DNA from: a virus
Lineage: Duplodnaviria; Caudoviricetes
Length of the DNA: 64,000 bases
Virus record (IMG/VR): IMGVR_UViG_3300033070_001349
Location: 1-64,000 of that record
Reading direction: 5' to 3' (one strand)
Shown here: one piece after another, positions 58,590-64,000 of the stretch
Layout: each line of letters begins with the position of its first letter
How positions within the stretch are numbered: position 1 is the first letter of the stretch
The notes under the pieces: generated by a model
The model's database searches: none
What the model was told of the DNA's origin: nothing
What the model saw: only the letters and a program-made list of their open reading frames with translations
Made by a program: the position numbers and the translations under genes

Positions 58590-59563
58590 GCACCCCCACC
58601 CTCCCCGTCGGTCTCCGGCTCCGCATCCTCGGTCCCAAGGGCACCCCGGACACCCGCACCGTCTTCTTCCCCGAGAGCCTCACTCCGTGGGGCGGCCGGA
58701 AGCCCCTCCGCATCGGGAACCGGCTCGGCGTCGAGCTCTACGTGGATGACCCAGCGGTGTCGAGTCTCGAAGCGGTGGTCGAGTGGACCGACCACGGGCT
58801 CGTCCTGCGCCGCATCGCCGCCGAGGGCGCCGTCCGACTCAACGGCGAGCCCGTGGTCGAGGCGGCCCCCCTCCGGGTCGTCGGCGACAGGATCCAGGTC
58901 GGGGATACGACCATGACCGTCGAGGTGTACCTGTACGGCTTCGTCGGGTCCGTCCACCAGAACGACGCCCCGCAGGCTCCATCAGCGGCCCCCGAGCCCC
59001 CCAAGCAGACCCGCACCGTCCGAGTCCTCACGCGCATCGTCCTCCACGTCACCGAGCCCGGCGTCCCGCCCTACGACCGCACCTTCGACCGCACCGAGAA
59101 GGGGAGCCGCCCGGGGGTGACGATCGGCCGGGGCGAGCGCAGCAAGCTCAGAGTCGCCGACCCGGCTGTGGCCCGTATGCACGCCGTGATCGAGCTCTCG
59201 ACTCAGGGCGCGAAGCTGATCGACTACGGGAGCTGCTCCCTCGTCAACGGGATCGCCGTCAACACCGCAGAGCTCAAGACCGAGGACGTGATCGCGATGG
59301 GCGCCACCTCCATCCGCGTGACCGAGCTCCGCACGGACCCCTTCGAGGTGCCCGTCGAGACCCAGGCCCCCGAGCCCCGCCCCGAGGCCCCGCCGCCGCC
59401 GATGCCCACGAAGACCCCGCCGACCGCCCCGACCGCCAGGGTGGAGGTCTCCTACCTCCAGGCCTTCCTCTGGACCCTCGACGGGGTCGCCAAGCACCTC
59501 CTCGCCAAGGCCGTCCGGTACGCTCGCTCGGTCGAGGCCTCGCACCCGGAGAGCAAGCCGTGA
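58586..59563 (+). CDS. tandem FHA-domain protein
   Basis: LRIGN...DDPAVSSLEA...LNG...GDRIQVG; TIGRG...DPAVARMHA...VNG...EDVIAMG. Confidence 0.85.
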   Translation: MSTPTLPVGLRLRILGPKGTPDTRTVFFPESLTPWGGRKPLRIGNRLGVELYVDDPAVSSLEAVVEWTDHGLVLRRIAAEGAVRLNGEPVVEAAPLRVVGDRIQVGDTTMTVEVYLYGFVGSVHQNDAPQAPSAAPEPPKQTRTVRVLTRIVLHVTEPGVPPYDRTFDRTEKGSRPGVTIGRGERSKLRVADPAVARMHAVIELSTQGAKLIDYGSCSLVNGIAVNTAELKTEDVIAMGATSIRVTELRTDPFEVPVETQAPEPRPEAPPPPMPTKTPPTAPTARVEVSYLQAFLWTLDGVAKHLLAKAVRYARSVEASHPESKP

Positions 59564-60758
59564 AGCCCCTCTCGCGCTTCATGTTCGCATCGAGCATCCG
59601 ACCCACCACGAAGGGCCGGGCCGTCGAGGTCCTCAGGCTCAGGGTGCGCGTCACCCCTTCGAAGTCCCTCACCCTCCGGGTCCCCTCGGGCCGGGCCTAC
59701 ACCGAGGTCGCCCGCCTGAGCTTCGAGGCCTTCCAAGATGGGGGCTACTCCGTCACGCCGAAGGCCATGTGGGGGGCTACGACTGTCGTCACGTTGGAGG
59801 ACTTCAGCCTGCGTGCCTACGACTGGTCGACCCTGCCCACGCTCGCCGAGCTCCGCGAGGCCCTCAAGCTGGAGTACGTGGACGCATGAGGTCCCTCGCC
59901 GAACAGGCCGCCGCGAAGGGCGTCGAGGTCGAGGCCCTCCTCGGGAAGACCCCGGCCGAGGTCCGGGCCCTCGGGTTCGAGGTCCACGAGTCGGTGCCCT
60001 CCGACGCCACCCTCCGTCGCGAGGACCCGAACCTGGAGGTGGACACGAGCGTCACCGGCCGCCGGACGGGCCTCGTGTGGCACCGCCCAGCCTTCCCCGC
60101 GGTGCTCGCCGACGAAATGAGCGCTGCCCTGGGCAGAGCGATCGACGAAGAGGTCCTCGCCGAGATTCTCAACCCGCCCAAGGCTCTCGCCTCCGCGACA
60201 GACCTCGACTTCCACCGCAGCCTCCGCCTCAAGTACCCGCCCAGGTCCTGACACCTCGACCGCCCACAACGTGGTATCCACGGACCCGCCGGACCCACGG
60301 ATGGGCCCCGCAGGAGACACCTCATGGCGCACTACAAAGACGGCACCCCCGCGCGACTCGGCGACCTCGTGAAGGGCCGCGGCTACAACCTCCCCTATGA
60401 CGTGCAGGGCATCGTCTCCGGGCTCACCCCCGGCGCCGGGTCCTGCGACATCCACATCGCCTGCCTCAAGCCCCACACCCCCCTCGGGACCGTCAGGACG
60501 GTCCACCCGGTCCTCGCCGAGGAGCACGGGACGTGCGCCGCCTTCGAGCTCGTGTACCGAGACCCGGCGCTCACCGTCACGGTCGAGGACGAGGAGCTCG
60601 CGGCGGACGCCTTCGCCGCCTACGGGCAGAGCACCGGGGGGCTCACGCACGACGGCCGCCCCATCCCCCCGCTCGACAAGATCCGCGAGGAGAAGCCCAG
60701 CGTCTTCAACGCCTGGGTCGCCGCCGTCCGCAAGGTCCGCTCCCGCCTCTCCGTCTGA
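59560..60758 (+). CDS. three hypothetical genes
   Basis: 59560-59889, 59886-60251, 60324-60758. Confidence 0.55.
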
Positions 60759-60787
60759 CGCGCCCGCCCCATAAAGACACTACGGGG

Positions 60788-60815
60788 TTGGCGGGCGGGG
60801 CCTATGTGCTAGGTT
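60788..60815 (+). promoter_or_regulatory. class-I promoter, leaderless arrangement
   Basis: TTGGCG-N16-TAGGTT-N6-ATG(60822). Confidence 0.65.
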
Positions 60816-60821
60816 GCGCTC

Positions 60822-62795
60822 ATGCCGTCGTTGAACCCTGAGCAAGCCGCCGCCGCCGCCCACGTCGAGGGCCCCGCGATCGTCAACTCCCTCGCGGGGA
60901 CCGGGAAGACCGAGACGATCACGTCCCGGATCGTCGCCCTCGTGGAGGCTGGGGTAGACCCGGCGCGCATCCTCGCCGTGACCTTCTCCCGGGCGGGCGG
61001 GGAGGCGATGAACACCCGCCTCCGCAAGCGCCTCGGGAAGACGGCGGCGCGGGTCGGCACCTTCCATTCCCTGGCCCTGGAGATCCTCCGCGCCGAGGTC
61101 CCCGAGTACGCCAAGTGGGACATCAAGGACGGCGCCTACCGCATGTGCATCAAGACCGCGGTGGGGTGGGAGGAGATGGGCTGGAAGGAGGCCGACGTGT
61201 CGGTCTGCGAGCAGTACGTCTCCCTCTGCATGTGCGCGCTCGCCATGCCCGGCACCCCGGCCGCCCTGAAGGTCGCCGAGGACCTCTACGCTAGGCGGAA
61301 GAAGTCCGACGCCATCCCGAAGCACCTCATGCGCATGTACGAGCGCGCCGAGGAGATCCGCAAGGACCGGCAATTCCTCACCTTCGACGTGGTCCTGGCC
61401 GAGGCGACGCTCCTCCTCCTCGAAGACGAGGGCGTCCGGCGCCGGGTTGCCTCCCGCTGGGACTACGTCATCGCGGACGAGCAACAGGACTCGAACAAGG
61501 CCCAGAACCTGATCGGGCGCCTCCTCGCCGAGCTCCACCGCAACCTCATGGTGGTGGGGGACGAGTTCCAGCGCATCTACGGGTGGCGCGGGGCCGAGGT
61601 GGAGTCCCTCGTGGGGCTCAAGACCGAGTGGGGGGCCAAGACCTACACCCTCTTCCGCAACTACCGATGCGGCGACTCGATCCTCGCGGCGGCCAACATG
61701 ATGCTCAAGAGCATGGGGGCGACCTCCTTCCTCAAGGGGGAGCGCGGGGTCAACGGGGTGGTGACCGGAACCCTCTTCTTCGACTTCGACGCGGAGGCGC
61801 GGAGCATCGCGGGGCGCATCGCCGACTCGCGCGGGGTGCGCAAGCTCTCGGACTACGCAGTGCTCTACCGGACGGCCGCGCAGAGCCGCGCCCTGGAGGA
61901 GGCCTTCCTTGCGGCCAGGATCCCCTACCGGATCACGAGCGGGACCAACTTCTACGAGCGCACGGAGGTGGCCGACCTCCTCTCGTACCTCCGGGTCATC
62001 GCGCCCCTCGGGGACCCCATGGCGTCCCTCCGGTGCCTCAACCGCCCCTTCCGCTTCCTGGGCAAGGCCTTCCTGTCCCGGGTCGAGGCCGCCCTCGGCG
62101 CGGCCGGGTCCGGTGACCCCGTGGCGACCGTCCGGGCCGTCTCCCAACAGCCCGGGGTCCAGTCCCGGCAGGCCGAGAGCGCCGAGTCCTGGTGCGTCCT
62201 CGTGGCCGCGTGCCGCGCCCGCATGGAGAAGGCCGCGTCGTCCCCCTCCGAGGTCGTGCGGCTCGAAGGGTCCCCGGCCTCGATCCTCGAACACATCCTG
62301 ACGCGGACCGACTACGTGAAGTGGCTCACCCGCGAAGAGGGCGACGAGTCGGTCGAGAACTCGCGGGTGTCCAACGTCCGCGAGCTCGTGCGCGTGGCGA
62401 CGAAGTTCGAGACCGTCTCCGACTTCCTGGCCTTCATCGACGAGACCATCGCGGCGGCCAAAGAGGCGGCCCGCACCAACGCCGAGGTCGACGCCGTCAC
62501 CCTCTCGACGGTCCACCGGGCCAAGGGCCTCGAATGGCCGGTGGTGTTCGTCATCGGCGTCAACGCGGGCATCCTCCCCCACGCCCGCGCCGAGGACCCC
62601 TCGGAGGAGGGGCGGCTCTACTACGTCGCCCTGACCCGGGCGCGGGACGAGCTCCACGTCTCCGCCGTCCGGTCCGCCGTGGTCAGTGGCAAGGTTCGGC
62701 CCCTCACCCCCTCGCACTTCCTCGGGCTCTCCGGCATCGTCCTGGTCGACGCGGACGCCGCCGCGATCGAGGCCCAGGGCGTCGGAGCCACATGA
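60822..62795 (+). CDS. UvrD/PcrA/Rep SF1A DNA helicase
   Basis: LNPEQ, AGTGKT, DEQQD, VGDEFQRIYGWRGA, NYRC, STVHRAKGLEW, EEGRLYYVALTRAR. Confidence 0.95.
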   Translation: MPSLNPEQAAAAAHVEGPAIVNSLAGTGKTETITSRIVALVEAGVDPARILAVTFSRAGGEAMNTRLRKRLGKTAARVGTFHSLALEILRAEVPEYAKWDIKDGAYRMCIKTAVGWEEMGWKEADVSVCEQYVSLCMCALAMPGTPAALKVAEDLYARRKKSDAIPKHLMRMYERAEEIRKDRQFLTFDVVLAEATLLLLEDEGVRRRVASRWDYVIADEQQDSNKAQNLIGRLLAELHRNLMVVGDEFQRIYGWRGAEVESLVGLKTEWGAKTYTLFRNYRCGDSILAAANMMLKSMGATSFLKGERGVNGVVTGTLFFDFDAEARSIAGRIADSRGVRKLSDYAVLYRTAAQSRALEEAFLAARIPYRITSGTNFYERTEVADLLSYLRVIAPLGDPMASLRCLNRPFRFLGKAFLSRVEAALGAAGSGDPVATVRAVSQQPGVQSRQAESAESWCVLVAACRARMEKAASSPSEVVRLEGSPASILEHILTRTDYVKWLTREEGDESVENSRVSNVRELVRVATKFETVSDFLAFIDETIAAAKEAARTNAEVDAVTLSTVHRAKGLEWPVVFVIGVNAGILPHARAEDPSEEGRLYYVALTRARDELHVSAVRSAVVSGKVRPLTPSHFLGLSGIVLVDADAAAIEAQGVGAT

Positions 62796-62799
62796 CTCC
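62784..62799. repeat. 16-bp palindrome, copy 14 (spans an ATGA stop/start junction)
   Basis: GGAGCCA-CA-TGACTCC. Confidence 0.9.
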
Positions 62800-63178
62800 C
62801 AGGCCCTTCACCCTCGAAGACCTCCGGGGCCTGTGTGCGAGCACGGCCGGGGACGGGCTCACCTTCGATATCACCCTCGGACAGCTCCGCTCGATCGTCG
62901 CCGAGGTCCAGAGGGAGGAGGACGCCCTCATCGCCCGGACCTCGACGGACACGGTCCGGGCGATGACCGCCCCGCCGGGCCTTCGGAGCTTCACCGACGC
63001 CCAGGTGCGAGACGCGATCCGCCAGGAGAAGGGCTGCGTCTCCAAGGCGGCCCGCGCGCTCGGACCCGGCGTGACGGCGCACGGCCTCACTTGGCGCATC
63101 AGGCGCCACCCTGAGGTGTGGCCGGAGGGGGTGGTCCCGCGGACGAGGCGCCCCCGCAAGCCCGAGGCGGCCCCATGA
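62792..63178 (+). CDS. protein with a Fis-type HTH
   Basis: VRDAIRQEKGCVSKAARALG...LTWRIRR. Confidence 0.65.
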   Translation: MTPRPFTLEDLRGLCASTAGDGLTFDITLGQLRSIVAEVQREEDALIARTSTDTVRAMTAPPGLRSFTDAQVRDAIRQEKGCVSKAARALGPGVTAHGLTWRIRRHPEVWPEGVVPRTRRPRKPEAAP

Positions 63179-63492
63179 GCCCCGAGCTAGAGACGGAGAC
63201 CTCGACGTGGCGCGCGGTCCTCTGGCGCATCACCGACCGGGGGACCGAAGAGGTGGTCGTGCCCGTCACCGTCGAGCGACGGGGCGAGGCCCCGGAGCAC
63301 CGCCGCTACTTCGCCACGCACGGCTGGCGGGGGTGGGGCGGAGTCTACGAGCACGTCGGCCACGGGAGCACGCCCGAGCTCGCGGTGTGGCAGTCGATCC
63401 GCCCGGATTGGCCCGGCTTCTTCGCGACGCGCGAGATCGTACCCCCCGGGGGAAAGACCTTCGCGGAGCGGCTAGCCGGTTCCGACTTTTAG
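63175..63492 (+). CDS. hypothetical protein (resembles the repeat unit of 44239-44685)
   Basis: REIVPPGGKTFAE vs QSILAPGQKTRAE. Confidence 0.5.
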   Translation: MSPELETETSTWRAVLWRITDRGTEEVVVPVTVERRGEAPEHRRYFATHGWRGWGGVYEHVGHGSTPELAVWQSIRPDWPGFFATREIVPPGGKTFAERLAGSDF

Positions 63493-63495
63493 CGC

Positions 63496-63523
63496 TTGAC
63501 TCCCGCCGTCTATGCGCTAGGTT
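63496..63523 (+). promoter_or_regulatory. class-I promoter, leaderless arrangement
   Basis: TTCCGAC-N9-TTGACT-N16-TAGGTT-N6-ATG(63530). Confidence 0.8.
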
Positions 63524-63529
63524 GTGCTC

Positions 63530-64000
63530 ATGCCGAACCTGATCCTCAACCGCTACCCGAGCAACCGAGGGCTGGCCCTTGGCGCTCCCCTCACGGAGCT
63601 TCTCCTCGACGGCAACGACACCCCGGCCCGCATCCGCGAAGCCGTGGAGCGCCACCTTGGCGCGCGGTGCACCCTCGACGGGTGGGAGCGCTTCGGGACC
63701 CCGAGGACCGAGAACGCCTGCACGTTCTCTCTCGTGGCGATCGAGCACTGGGTCTACGTCCACCGGAAGCTCAACGACGGCGCGATGCCCGACGACCTCA
63801 TCGCCACGATCTTCTACGCCTCCCCCGGGGGCGACGTGCCGGTGTCCCTCTGCCGCGAGGCGGCGTGGTTCAACCACTTCTCGCTCTCCGAGCTCTACGG
63901 CGAGGGGTACTTCGAGTGGGTCACGATGGACCCGCGGCCCCCCTCCGTGGAGCAACTCCAGCGCGCCATGCAGGAGTACGGGCGGACAGAGGACGGAGTG
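63530..64000 (+). CDS. hypothetical protein, 3'-truncated by the window edge
   Basis: ATG at the predicted +1; I saw no in-frame stop before the window end. Confidence 0.55.
   Translation, partial: MPNLILNRYPSNRGLALGAPLTELLLDGNDTPARIREAVERHLGARCTLDGWERFGTPRTENACTFSLVAIEHWVYVHRKLNDGAMPDDLIATIFYASPGGDVPVSLCREAAWFNHFSLSELYGEGYFEWVTMDPRPPSVEQLQRAMQEYGRTEDGV

Noticed and set aside
59886-60251. Major capsid protein similarity (ADEMSAALGRAIDEEVL)
   Set aside because: One short helix in a 121-aa ORF is not enough to call a capsid protein.
2607-62799. Palindromes or promoter repeats as a CRISPR array or integron attC sites
   Set aside because: Copies are kilobases apart, often inside CDSs and only 16 bp long, and no cas or integrase gene is present.
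636-63955. Long minus-strand ORFs (e.g. 5834-8209, 47126-48709, 60780-62717) and Arg/Pro-rich alternative plus-frame ORFs
   Set aside because: They are shadow frames of GC-rich + strand genes with no recognisable motifs, and every promoter I found points +.

Overview
This window looks like a segment of a large, very GC-rich (roughly 70% or more by eye, not computed) bacteriophage genome. About 100 tightly packed genes all lie on the + strand, most are hypothetical, and many overlap by ATGA/GTGA. Recognisable products are a PTP/DSP phosphatase, thymidine kinase, a deoxyribosyltransferase-like protein, a DUF262-like protein, ADP-ribosylglycohydrolase, a HAD protein, DHFR, two Nudix hydrolases, an ASCH/DUF3850 protein, a metzincin protease, an amidase endolysin, a 2H-phosphoesterase, a lipoprotein with u-spanin topology (suggesting a diderm host), a receiver domain, HU, AlkB, a tandem-FHA protein and a UvrD/PcrA helicase. 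Five signals go beyond the ORF track. (1) A non-coding RNA island at 55.98-57.27 kb holds tRNA-Arg(CCU), a degenerate tRNA-Leu(CAG), two tRNA scaffolds whose anticodon loop is replaced by a structured insert, a circularly permuted YrlA/Y-RNA-like tRNA mimic, a 220-nt RNA closed by a 28-bp stem, and a 95-nt RNA with an anti-Shine-Dalgarno loop. (2) An operon at 46.5-50.5 kb encodes otherwise unrelated proteins sharing an N-terminal M[DN]xRTLxEMxxL leader with L-x-E sites, resembling capsid-targeted internal proteins; one cargo is an Acb1-like 2H-phosphoesterase. (3) Fourteen copies of a 16-bp palindrome GGAGYCA-NN-TGRCTCC are dispersed every few kb. (4) About 27 copies of a multi-part promoter occur, most positioned to give leaderless mRNAs. 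(5) A dispersed paralogous Zn-finger-insert protein family has about nine members. All calls come from reading motifs and base pairing by eye; no database search or folding program was run.
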